Origin: Eledone cirrhosa | Lineage: Eukaryota | DNA length: 64,000 nucleotides | Direction of reading: 5' to 3' | NCBI GenBank assembly: GCA_964016885.1 | Contig: OZ024743.1 | Coordinates: 39,866,001 to 39,930,000, forward strand | Position numbers and translations under genes: made by a program | The notes under the pieces: generated by a model | Databases searched by the model: none | What the model was told of the DNA's origin: nothing | The model's input: the letters and a program-made list of their open reading frames with translations, nothing else | Shown: positions 1 to 11,589 of the stretch, in pieces | How the letters are laid out: every line of letters starts with the position of its first letter | Position numbering within the stretch: position 1 is the stretch's first letter

Positions 1-1483
1 AAATAAAATAATAAAATATAAAATATATTTTTAAAAAAATTAAGAAATGTAGTTAGGTGTGTATATATGTATGTATATACATTCACAGATATACATATGT
101 AAGTATGTACAAATGTGTGTGTATAGTAAAAATGTGTGCGTAAATATATGTATGAGGGCAAGTATGTCTGAGTTTATGTAACCATAGACACAGACATCAT
201 ATGATTGTCTGGTTGACAGGTATACAGAAAAACAGGGTATTAGATACATTATAAGAATATGAAGGCACGCGTATAAACACACACACACACGCGCGTACAC
301 TTATATGCGGAAGAAAAATAGGTAAGGGAGTGTAATAGTAAAAAGAAAGTATCAATCTCGATTTAGATATAAAAATGGAAAAATAATTTAGAAAGAAAAA
401 ATTGCAAAGTAAATAAAAGAAAAACAAACAAGGTACACGCGTACATACACACATATATCTATAAGAAACATAAATCTATAAAAAAATATATATATACATG
501 CAATACGTGTAGACAAAAGTGTATGCAAGCGTACATACACACACAGGATGCACATATATATATATACATACACATCGCCCCATGTATATCTAATCACGCG
601 TGCGTACGCGAACTGTATACACACACACATATACACACACATAAGTATATATATATACATACGCACACATACACATCCATACATGCAGTACGTGCACACA
701 CACACACACACTCACACACACACATATATACACTCACGCACGGTGACCCGTTCACATGCACACACATAAAAATAAGAAAATAAAAAAAAGAACATAGATG
801 TAAAAACACAGATATGAAAACACACATACATACACATATATATATGCACGCACGCGCGCGCACATACGGAGGCGTTCGTGTACATATACAGAAAGTATAC
901 ACACATAAAGACGCTCAGACACATAGACACAGGGTGTAAAAACAGCCTTGTGAATAAGTGAGTACAAATATAAAAATATAAAATTGGCTGCGAAATAATA
1001 TAAAATATCTGGTGTGGAAAACGCAAGTGACCTGTATATTCAAGTAGTGAAGAAAATAGGGAAGTAAAAGGTGGAAAGGGGAGATATTAGGTAAATGAAT
1101 CGGAGAATAAAGGGGGGAGGTAGTGGTGGATGTGAAGTAAAAATATTTGAACCAATCTAAGAATATGCAAGAAGAACAAGAAAATGCACGCTCTGCATAA
1201 ATGAAAAATATTGGATTTTGCAAATCCTTAAATCACCAAAGACCTGCCTTAAACACAAAGACAGAAATTTTCACCAGTTGCCCACACATGAAATCACACC
1301 TGCTTTCCAGCTCATATAAACTTAACACACTTTCAGATACTTATCCTCCATAAGCTCTTATTCTTCACTTAAATTATTCTCTTTAAGACTACCTTTTCTG
1401 ATTTACTTTCATTTTTATTTTTATTTTTATTATTATTTTTATTTTTATTTTTATTTTTATTTTTATTTTTATTTTTATTTTTA

Positions 1484-1514
<31 letters not shown>

Positions 1515-2707
1515 TATAATTTTATTTTTATTTTTATTTTATTTATTTATTTATTTATTTTTTTATTTTTTTTTTTTTTTTACTTTTATTTTTATTTTTT
1601 TTTATTTTTACTTCACATCCACCACTACCACCCCCCTTTATTCTCCGATTCACTTACCTAATATCTCCACTTTCCACCTTTTACTTCCCTATTTTCTTCA
1701 CTACTTGATTATACTTTTATTCACTACTTGCGTTTTCCACTCCAGATATTTTCTGTTATTTTTATATTTGTACTCACTTATTCACAAGGCTGTTTTTACA
1801 CCCTGTATCTATGCGTCTTTGCGTCTTTATGTGTGTATATGTCTGTATATGTACACGCGCGTGCGTGCATATATATATGTGTATGTATGTGTGTTTTTAT
1901 ATCTGTGTTTTTACATCTATGTTCTTTTTTAATATTCTTATTTTTATGTGTGTGCATGTTAGCGGGTCAAATTGCGTGAGTGTATGTATGTATGTGTGTG
2001 TGTGTTTGTGTACGTAGTGAATGTATGGATGTGTATGTGTGCGTATGTATGTATATATACTTATGGGTGTGTATATGTGTGTGTGTATACAGTTCGCGTA
2101 CGTACGCGTGATTAGATATACATGGGGCGATATGTATGTATATATATATACGTGCATCCTGTGTGTGTATGTACGCTTTTATAAGCGTTTGTCTACACGT
2201 ATTGCGTGTATATATATATTTTTTTTTTATAGATATATGTTTCTTATAGATATATGTGTGTATGTACGCGTGTACCTTGTTTGTTTTCTTTTCTTTAATT
2301 TGTAATTTTTTCTTTCTAAATTATTGTTCCATTTGTATATCTATATCGAGATTGATACTTTCTTTTTACTATTACACACCCTTACCTCTTTTCCTTCCGC
2401 ATATAAGTGTACGCGTGTGTGTGTGTGTGTTTATACGCGTGCCTTCATATTCTTATAATGTATCTAATACCCTGTTTTTCTGTATACCTGTCAACCAGAC
2501 TATCATATCATGTCTGTGTCTATGATTACATATACACAGATATACTTGCCCTCATACATATATTTACGCACAAATTTTCACTATACACACACATTTGTAC
2601 ATACTTACATATGTATATCTGTGAGTGTATATACATACATATATACACACCTAACTATATTTCTTAAATTTTTTTAAAATATATTTTATATTTTATTATT
2701 TTATTTT
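1..2707. repeat. Large imperfect inverted repeat, arms 1-1145 and 1603-2707 (left arm cut by the window start)
   Basis: Position 1 onward is the reverse complement of ~2650-2707; GTGGTGGATGTGAAGTAAAAATA (~1123-1145) mirrors TATTTTTACTTCACATCCACCAC (1603-1625); mirrored ORFs 40..300(-) and 2407..2667(+). Confidence 0.93.
1411..1610. repeat. (TTTTTA)n / T-rich simple repeat in the inverted-repeat spacer
   Basis: Directly visible. Confidence 0.9.
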
Positions 2708-2798
2708 ATATGTCTATTGTATTACCTTTATCTATATATATATCATTTTTTTTGCATTTCTTGAAGAGTCTTTCCAAATATTTCTCTGTTTTATATGG

Positions 2799-2868
2799 CC
2801 TCGTCCGACGAACGAATGAAGACGTTTCTTTCGTATTCGTCTTATTCGGGAAACCTCTGGTAATGAGG
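2799..2868 (+). ncRNA. Type I hammerhead ribozyme motif with a U4C core substitution
   Basis: Stem I cctcgt/atgagg; core CCGACGA (2805-2811); long stem II; GAAA (2850-2853); stem III acc-tct-ggt; GUA triplet. Confidence 0.65.
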
Positions 2869-2974
2869 TAATTATATTGTATTGTTTTTTATACATTAAA
2901 TATTGCTCTGGTACATACATAGAGCACTCTTCGCTCCTATGACTTTTTCTATTTTCAACGGAAACTTCAATACA

Positions 2975-3131
<157 letters not shown>

Positions 3132-3278
3132 TACTCTGCCTTTCATAGGTTATAGACTCCATACACTGGTGGCTTTTCTCTGTTTTATTGCTGGCGCACT
3201 GTATCTCTCTCTAGTGTGTTACCTTTTCCACATATTATATATATATATAGTTATGTAATAAACAACATAAGGCAATTA

Positions 3279-3337
3279 TTCCATTTACCAGCGGTTTCTT
3301 AAAAGCAAAATATTTTGCTTTCAATCCTCAGAATGAA
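3279..3337 (-). ncRNA. Type I hammerhead ribozyme, intact core
   Basis: Minus strand: ttcatt CTGAGGA ttgaaagcaaaa-ta-ttttgcttttaa GAAA ccgctgg TA aatggaa. Confidence 0.8.
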
Positions 3338-3482
3338 AAAATCCTGGTCTGTTTATTGAATTTGGATTTTAAAAACAAAAATGCAATCTATATGAAATTT
3401 AGGCTGGAGAAGGAAGAAGGAAAGGAAAAATAAAATAAAACTACACATGCAAACACACACACAAAAACACAAAACCATACAT

Positions 3483-3519
<37 letters not shown>

Positions 3520-3633
3520 CATATATATACATATATATATACATATACATACACTCATTCGTACACGCACTACACATATATACACACATATATGTGTATA
3601 TAAATACACACAAACACATACATATACACATAT

Positions 3634-3679
<46 letters not shown>

Positions 3680-4210
3680 ATATACATATATATATATGTG
3701 TACAAGCATAAACATACTCAAACATAACCATACACACATACATATACATACATACATGCACACAATCATACATATATACACACGTACATACATACACATA
3801 CATAAATGCACTCCTCTACATGTTCACACACGCAAATAAATATAAGAAAAAAATATATATATATAAAAAAATGTTGACAGCGATACAAACGGCAGGTAAC
3901 TGGACAGACACGCGTGGTAAGTAATACACACAAATGCACGTATACATACATACGAAATAGTAAATACACACACTCTCACACATAAATATACATATGCAAA
4001 TACATAAACACATACATACACATACACAAATACATGCACAAACACGCACACGCACACGTATACAATTATACACACACATATACACACACATATGTATATG
4101 TAATTATATACACATACATATATATAATACATAGCTATACAATTATACACATACAAATACGTACACATCATGAACACGCACAAGCAAATACAAACACACA
4201 CACACACACG

Positions 4211-4287
<77 letters not shown>

Positions 4288-4402
4288 TATACATATACAT
4301 GTGTGTGTGTTTAAAACTCAGTCTTAGATCATTCATATGAACCTTACATATACATATATATAGTAGTAAAGTAGTAAAGTAATAAGCAACTTAAGGCAAT
4401 TA

Positions 4403-4461
4403 TTCCATTCACCAGTGGTTTCTTAAAAGCAAAAAATGTTTCCTTCAATCTTCAGAATGAA
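4403..4461 (-). ncRNA. Hammerhead motif of the same family, GUG cleavage triplet (probably inactive)
   Basis: Minus strand: ttcatt CTGAAGA ttgaagg...gcttttaa GAAA ccactgg TG aatggaa. Confidence 0.7.
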
Positions 4462-4500
4462 AAAAATCTGGTCTATCTACATGTACATACATATACACAC

Positions 4501-4549
<49 letters not shown>

Positions 4550-4732
4550 AATATACATACACATACACATAGGTATGTGAAGGGCAAGGCAAAAAGAATA
4601 TATGGGGGGGGGGACATAGGAAAAGGTGAAATATAAGGGGAGGTAAGGGAGAAAAAAATAATTATACAAGAGTACAGAACGTAGATTCAGCAAAATAAAA
4701 ACCGTAGCAGAAGTAAAGAGCAGGAGAGGAGT

Positions 4733-6413
4733 TCAAGGCGGTTGATTTATCATAGGAGTGTCAATCCAGTTACAGATCAGATGCGATTTCAGATGAAGAC
4801 AGCCTCTGAAGATCTCAGTCTTTGAGTTAAAGCAAGCGGAAGTGGCTCTCAAGTTTAGCAAAATCCTATACTTTTCTGTGGTACACAAAGAACAATTCTT
4901 TGTGCCCCTTTGGTACTCCCTCGAATGGTCTAATATAGACCAATCAATAGAGTACGGGATGTTACTATCCTTGAGTTCCAACACCTTACTTGCGAGGGCC
5001 GTTGATGTTCGTTTATCGGAGTGCTTAAAATAAGCGACATGTGAGTAAAATCTGGTTTTAAACCTGTCCTGGGTCATACCCACTTATCGCTCACTCCTGG
5101 CTGGCTGGGTGTTGATTACGGGTGTTATCTTAGCCTCATAAACAACAGATTTGGTGTTACATTTACCCTGCAATGGGCATTCATCCGGCATCCTGCAACT
5201 GCATCCTGGATTTATTCTCGTATGGTTTGAACTGGTGATTTTGGACTTCATAGATGGGCAACAATAGTAGCTGATCTTAACTACGTTCCTATTAAATATC
5301 TTATAATATCTATGATAAGGATGAAAATGTCTGTCTAAGAGTTCAAGGAATTTCCTTCCTACATTAGTTTTGACAGTTAGAGAGAAGTGGGGTGTGAACC
5401 AAGTAATCTTCCTTTTCCTGTTATTGTGGTTAGTTTTAGGGGGGGGGGGGGGGTAAATAAGAAATGTTTTCTGTAAAACCGCTGTTCTTAAGGGCTTTAT
5501 TATAATAAGGGGCGGCTTTATTAAAAATGTCTATAGACGAAAATAAGGTAGAAATCATACGGCTAATGTTAGGAATAAGATTATTAAAAACTATAGGGGG
5601 ATGGCAAGACTCTGTGTGTATATACCTAAGATTTTCATTAGGTTTATGATAGGGTTTAAAGAGGCGGTAAGTAGATCAAGATTAATATCAAGAAATTAGC
5701 ATTAGTAAGGTTCGTATCTATAGTGATTTTAAGGTTAAGATTAGCAAAAGTATTGATTAAATCTTTACGGAATTTATCAAGGTTATGGCCGTTGGTGGTA
5801 TGAGAAACTGCTAATCCGTCATCACGGTATAAACCAATATTATGGAACGGAAATTTCTCTTTGAGGGTGTGGAGAAGGAATAATCCTACTAAGTCACACA
5901 CATCTGCACTGTCATATGAACCCATTGCAACATCAAAAGAGTTTTCAGGGTTTGACTTTTTAACCCAAATATTATCATTAGTAAAGAGTAAAGTTTTTCT
6001 AGTATGAAAGATAGTCTTCTTCTAATTTAGAAATATTAATGAAGGGTCTTGCAAAATCTAAGGGATTAGTTAATAAGGAAACAGTACTAGATGGGTAAAA
6101 ATCGACAATATCAAATAGGGTAAATCTACACTTGTTTTTACCTTGTATATTATTAAACCAAGAAATAACAGAGGAAGTATTTAGCCACTGTGATAGGTCA
6201 GTGGTAGTTCTAATTTGGAGAATTATTTTTCTTAAGATTTTCTTACTTGCAAGGCCAACCTCGGATTTAGCCGGGTTAATCAGTCTACAACTAGGTCGAT
6301 TAGTAAAGTTTATGGTCTTTAAGGGTAATATATACTTTACTCTTAGCTAAGCTTTCAATCCGGTTATCTATTTGTAAAGAACTAGATAGTTCTTTAGCTT
6401 CTTTATTGATAGT
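4733..6413 (-). mobile_element. Decayed Naiad-type Penelope-like element (RT + GIY-YIG endonuclease), 5'-truncated
   Basis: RT: CRLINPAKSEVG, FDIVDFYPS, MGSYDSADVCDLVGL, GLYRDDGL. Linker CSCRMPDECPLQGKC. Endonuclease tail CSLCTTEK. Stops and frameshifts present. Confidence 0.9.
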
Positions 6414-7498
6414 ACTAGCAGTAAAGCCCGGCGTTGCTCAGGGTCGCTCAGTAGCTGTGTTAAAGTTACAATGTTAAGTTTCTTTCTTGGCTTAAAAACT
6501 GTAGTGTCTACTGTGCAGACTTGCATGTGGTGTTTTTGATTAATATTCCCTCAACCAACAATATGCCTTATGAAGTTAAGAAAACATAACGATAACCCGA
6601 ATGTTATAACAAAAGAGGATGCTGGGGATAGAAACTGCACTGGTTATTTATTAACAAAGATCGAAAATGTAAACACTGCAACGCAGAGAAAAACATTAGC
6701 GTAACCAAATTATCAGTTATGTCTGTCTGCACGCCTATATCACCTCTCTGCACGACTGTCTGTCTGCACGCCTATATCACCTCTCTGCACGACTATCTGT
6801 CTGCACGCCTATATCACCTCTCTGCACGACTGTCTGTCTGCACGCGTATATCACCTCTCTGCACGACTGTCTGTCTGCATGCCTATATCACCTCTCTGCA
6901 CGACTGTCTGTCTGCACGCCTATATCACCTCTCTGCACGACTATCTGTCTGCACGCCTATATCACCTCTCTGCACGACTGTCTGTCTGCACGCGTATATC
7001 ACCTCTCTGCACGACTGTCTGTCTGCACGCCTAACGACGAAATATTTGCTTGTTTTACGTAGTCTTTAAATAGACTTGTTTTCAAGTAAAAATATTGTTT
7101 TAAAATGCTTTTAAATGGAAATGAAGCCAAACGGAAGCTTAGTGTTCGAACTGATGAATTTTGCAGGTCAATATTTTGCTGGCTCGACAACTGTCTGTTC
7201 GTGTATTGTGTTAATGTCATTTTAAACGCTGAGAAAGCCAGCGTAATTTTTTACGTAAGACGCTCAATGTAAACAGAACAAAGGGAAATAACTGATAACT
7301 TACGCTCAAAAATCGATACATTATATTCGATTTCGTCACATCGGGTGGGTCAATTTGAAATATTTTTTTTCCGATGTCTTCGCTAGGCTCAATGTAAAAG
7401 TATAGCAATTTCGGTGCAATTCCGTGAGAGATTCTAAGAGGAGATGTGTGCCAAAAATCGATAGACAGACAGACAACCACAGTTTTATATATATAGAT
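6414..7498 (+). mobile_element. Non-autonomous Helitron/Helentron-like element
   Basis: 5' end ACTAGCAGTAAAGCCCGGCGTTGCTCAGGG and 3' end (GACA)n...TTTTATATATATAGAT resemble invertebrate non-autonomous rolling-circle elements; internal minisatellite; PLE homology stops at its 5' edge. Confidence 0.6.
6721..7033. repeat. 37-bp minisatellite, ~8.4 copies (GTCTGTCTGCACGCCTATATCACCTCTCTGCACGACT)
   Basis: Units start at 6721, 6758 ... 7017. Confidence 0.97.
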
Positions 7499-7569
7499 GT
7501 CTTCGCTAGGGCTCAATGTACAAGTATAGCAATTTCGGTGCAATTCCGTGAGAGATTCTAAGAGTTTTT

Positions 7570-7628
7570 TTCCTTCTGAAGATTGAAGGAAACATTTTTT
7601 GCTTTTAAGAAACCACTGGTGAATGGAA
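7570..7628 (+). ncRNA. Hammerhead motif with GUG triplet, mirror of 4403-4461
   Basis: ttcctt CTGAAGA (7576-7582) ... GAAA ccactgg TG aatggaa. Confidence 0.65.
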
Positions 7629-8361
7629 TAATTGCCTTATGTTGCTTATTATTTTATTACTTTACTACTATATATATGTATATGTAAGGTTCATATGAAT
7701 TATCTAAGACTGAGTTTTGCACACACACACATGTATATGTGTATGTATGTGTATAAATATATATATATATATATATATGTATATGTGTGTGTGTGTGTGT
7801 TTGTATTTGGTTGTGCGTGTTTATGATATGTACGTATTTGTATGTGTATAATTGTATAGCTATGTATGTATATGTCTGTGTGTATGTATACATATATGTG
7901 TCTGTGTATTTTTATATTTATGTATATATATATATATATATATGTATGTGTATATAATTACATATACATATGTGTAGTGTATATGTGCGTGTATAATTGT
8001 ATACGTGTGCGAGTGCGTGTTTGTGCATGTATTTGTGTATGTGTATGTATGTGTTTATGTATTTGTATATGTATATTTATGTGTGAGAGTGTGTATGTAT
8101 TTACTATTTCGTACGTATGTATACGTGCATTTGTGTGTATTACTTACCACGCGTGTCTGTCCAGATACCTGCCGTTTGTATCGCTGTCAAACATTTTTTA
8201 TATATATATTTTTTTTTTCTTATATTTATTTGCGTGTGTGAACATGTAGAGGAGTGCATTTATGTACGTGTGTATATATGTATGATTGTGTGCATGTATG
8301 TATGTATGTATATGTATGTGTGTATGGCTATGTTTGTGTATGTGTATGCTTGTACACATAT

Positions 8362-8395
<34 letters not shown>

Positions 8396-8626
8396 ATCTA
8401 TATATGTGTATGTATATATGTGTGTATGTATATGTATTTATATTTATCTTTCTATGTGTATGTATGTGTGTATATATGTGTGTGTGGTTGCATATATGTA
8501 TGTGTATGTACGGATGTGTTGATATTTATGTGTGTATGAATTTATGTGTATATATATGTGTTCGTGTGTAATTATATACACATATATGTGTGTATATATG
8601 TGTGTTTGTGTATGTATGAGTGTATG

Positions 8627-8717
<91 letters not shown>

Positions 8718-8876
8718 ATGTATGCTTTTGTGTTTGAGTGTGCGTGTTTTTGTGTGTGTGTTTGCAAGTGTAGTTTTATTTTATTTTTCCTTTCCTTCTT
8801 CCTTCTCCAGCCTCACTTTCATATAGATTGCAATTTTGTTTTTAAAATCCAAATTCAATAAACAGACCAGGATTTT

Positions 8877-8935
8877 TTCATTCTGAGGATTGAAAGCAAA
8901 ATCTTTTGCTTTTAAGAAACCACTGGTAAATGGAA
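8877..8935 (+). ncRNA. Type I hammerhead ribozyme, intact core, mirror of 3279-3337
   Basis: ttcatt CTGAGGA (8883-8889) ttgaaagcaaaa-tc-ttttgcttttaa GAAA (8916-8919) ccactgg TA aatggaa. Confidence 0.8.
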
Positions 8936-9222
8936 TAATTGCCTTATGTTGTTTATTACATAACTATTAAGCTCTGTTACCTACATAGAGCACTCTTTTT
9001 TCCTGGACTTTTCCGACGGAATTACTTCATTCATACATATATATATATATATATATATAATATGTTGAAAAGGTAACACACTAGAGAGAGATACAGTGCG
9101 CTATCAATAAAACAGGGAAAAGCCATCAGTGTATGGAATATATAAACTATGAAAGGCAGGGTATAAATACGATAATTATAAATATAAATTAAAGCGTAAA
9201 TAAATACCTCTATAACTATATA

Positions 9223-9305
9223 ACACACGTACAAATCCAAAGTGATCTGTTTCGCCCAGTTAGTTGTTGACAGAAATGAAATAACCCCGGTTCATCAGCG
9301 TGTGT
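9223..9305 (-). ncRNA. Type I hammerhead ribozyme with a full stem III
   Basis: Minus strand: acacacg CTGATGA accgggg...ctgggc GAAA cagatc-actttg-gatttg TA cgtgtgt; 7-bp stem I and 7-bp stem III. Confidence 0.82.
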
Positions 9306-9764
9306 AAGGCTATACATTTCAGACAGCACTAAGATAATTTTTAAAGCGACCGTCCAGCTACACGTGGGAGAGAGAAGTATCAGCGTGTTTAAGGGCAGTG
9401 AACGAGTGGCCCCTGAGGGACGAGCTGCTAGAAAGGGCAGCCCAAAACCACTCAGAGAAGTGTGCTCAACCAAACAGAGACAGAGGAAAGACTGTTAAAA
9501 GAAGCGATATATCACGATACATTAACAGAGTCATAGACTCTCGTCGTTCCCTGTAAATATTGTGCTCAAAGGAGAGGAAATCCTGAGATCTTTAAAATAC
9601 AATATGTTGAAAAGGTAACACACTAGAGAGAGATACAGTGCGCTATCAATAAAACTGGGAAAAACCACCATTGTATGGAATATATAACCTATGAAAGGCA
9701 GAGTAATCACACGATAATTAAAAATATAAATTAAAGCGTAAATAAATACCTCTATAACTATATA

Positions 9765-9846
9765 ACACACGTACAAATCCAAAGTGATCTTATTCGCCAG
9801 TTAGTTGTTGAGAGAAATTAAATAACCCCGGTTCATCAGCGTGTGT
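9765..9846 (-). ncRNA. Second-unit hammerhead with mutated core (GAAAC to GAATA)
   Basis: Aligns to 9223-9305. Confidence 0.6.
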
Positions 9847-10244
9847 AAGGCTATACATTTCAAGCAAATCTAAGATAATTTTTAAAGCGACCGTCCAGCT
9901 ATATGTGGGAGAGAGAAGTCACAGCGTGTTTAAGGGCAGTGAACCAGTAGCCTCTGAGGGTCGAGCTGCTAGAAAGGGCAGCTCCAAACCACTCAGAGAA
10001 GTGTGCTCAACCAAATAGAGAGAGAGGAAAAACTGTTATAAGGAGCGAAATATCACAATACTCTGCCTTTCATAGGTTATAGATTCCATACACTGGTGGT
10101 TTTTCCCTGTTTTATTGAAACGCACTGTATCTCTCTCTAGTGTGTTACCTTTTCAACATATTGTATTTTAAAGAGCTCAGGATTTCCTCTCCTTTGAGCA
10201 CATTATTTACAGGGAACGACGAGTTTATGGCTCCGTTAATGTAT

Positions 10245-10337
<93 letters not shown>

Positions 10338-10338
10338 T

Positions 10339-10389
10339 GAGATTCTACAGGACTAGAACTGTTTCATTCATTAGAAATCATCAGGAATC
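10339..10389 (-). ncRNA. Hammerhead ribozyme, left arm of a perfect palindrome
   Basis: Exact reverse complement of 10393-10443; stem I shortened to gattc/gaatc. Confidence 0.75.
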
Positions 10390-10390
10390 A

Positions 10391-10443
10391 GAGATTCCTG
10401 ATGATTTCTAATGAATGAAACAGTTCTAGTCCTGTAGAATCTC
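10391..10443 (+). ncRNA. Type I hammerhead ribozyme, intact core
   Basis: gagattc CTGATGA t-ttc-taat-gaa-t GAAA cag-ttctagtc-ctg TA gaatctc; GUA at 10434-10436. Confidence 0.85.
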
Positions 10444-10524
10444 ATCTATATTAAAACTGTTATACTCTGCTACGTATTGAGTACCTTACTTACTGTGGTT
10501 ACCTCCGATTCAACCCGGAATAAC

Positions 10525-10576
<52 letters not shown>

Positions 10577-10947
10577 GTCTTCACTATCCGTCCTTCAGAA
10601 ATAATTTTCAAAAATATTTCTGAAGACGGCGAGTAGTGAAGACGTATGTATATTTTCTAACTATATTTTGTAGTATATTTTACATAGATCAATAATAGAA
10701 TGGACATACGGGGAACTACCCCCCACACACACACCAGAAACGATCGTAAAATAATGCGTTTTACTAGGAATTAACCGTTTTTTGTTTAATTTCATTGTTT
10801 TACTATTTGGATTTTTGACTCTGTATCTAATGAATTATATCGTTGAACATTTTGTATTTTAAACTTTTCTTCTCGTCATCTTCTACATACGGATTACATG
10901 AGTTCTTCATACGGTTTAGAACCTACCATTAATTGGTGGATTTACCG

Positions 10948-11053
<106 letters not shown>

Positions 11054-11065
11054 ATATATATATAT

Positions 11066-11152
<87 letters not shown>

Positions 11153-11232
11153 GAGGTTGTATTTAATTTGTTGGGATACAAGAAAAATATGTTTATAACT
11201 GTTATAAAGCACTCAACAAATTATTGGAGTAA

Positions 11233-11567
11233 ATATACAATATATTAACAAATGGAAACTATATTTATAAAACCATATTTATTTCATTATATATATTTCA
11301 AGGGCCACCAGAGCACACTATGGTGCGCTTTCATCTAATAAAATATAATATAGGTTAGTTGTATAAATAAGTATCGACATACCCTTAAAAAATGCAACCA
11401 TGGTCGTATTTTTAAGGGTATGTCGATACTTATTCATACAACTAACCTATATTATATTTTATTATATGAAAGCGCACCATAGTGTGCTCTGGTGGCCCTT
11501 GAAATATATATAATGAAATATATATGGTTTTATAAATATAGTTTCCATTTGTTAATATATTGTATAT
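11233..11567. repeat. Near-perfect palindrome (arms ~165 bp) containing decayed hammerhead-like motifs
   Basis: Centre at ~11400 (CCATGG). A homologous unit at ~51068-51265 has CTGATGG...GAAA tatata TA. Confidence 0.85.
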
Positions 11568-11589
11568 ATATATATATATAAATATATGG

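Larger units (their letters stand above)
3249..8966. repeat. Large inverted repeat, arms ~3249-4461 and ~7570-8966, enclosing a Naiad PLE and a Helitron-like element
   Basis: GTTATGTAATAAACAACATAAGGCAATTATTCC at ~3250 is the reverse complement of 8932-8965; mirrored low-complexity ORFs 3353..3811(-) and 8532..8861(+). Confidence 0.92.
9059..10250 (-). mobile_element. Non-coding ~542-bp tandem repeat (1.85 units) with one hammerhead motif per unit, followed by an inverted partial copy (retrozyme/pLTR-like)
   Basis: AATATGTTGAAAAGGTAACACACTAG at 9059 and 9601; 10059-10250 is the reverse complement of ~9508-9703; a further fragment lies at 3130-3238. Confidence 0.8.

Noticed and set aside
6721-7033. 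Possible CRISPR array (37-bp repeats)
   Set aside because: Repeats are contiguous with no spacers; eukaryotic context and no cas genes.
10573-10660. Hammerhead-like CTGAAGA...GAAGAC in an imperfect hairpin
   Set aside because: GAAA core broken and stem II unconvincing; kept only as a fold-back.
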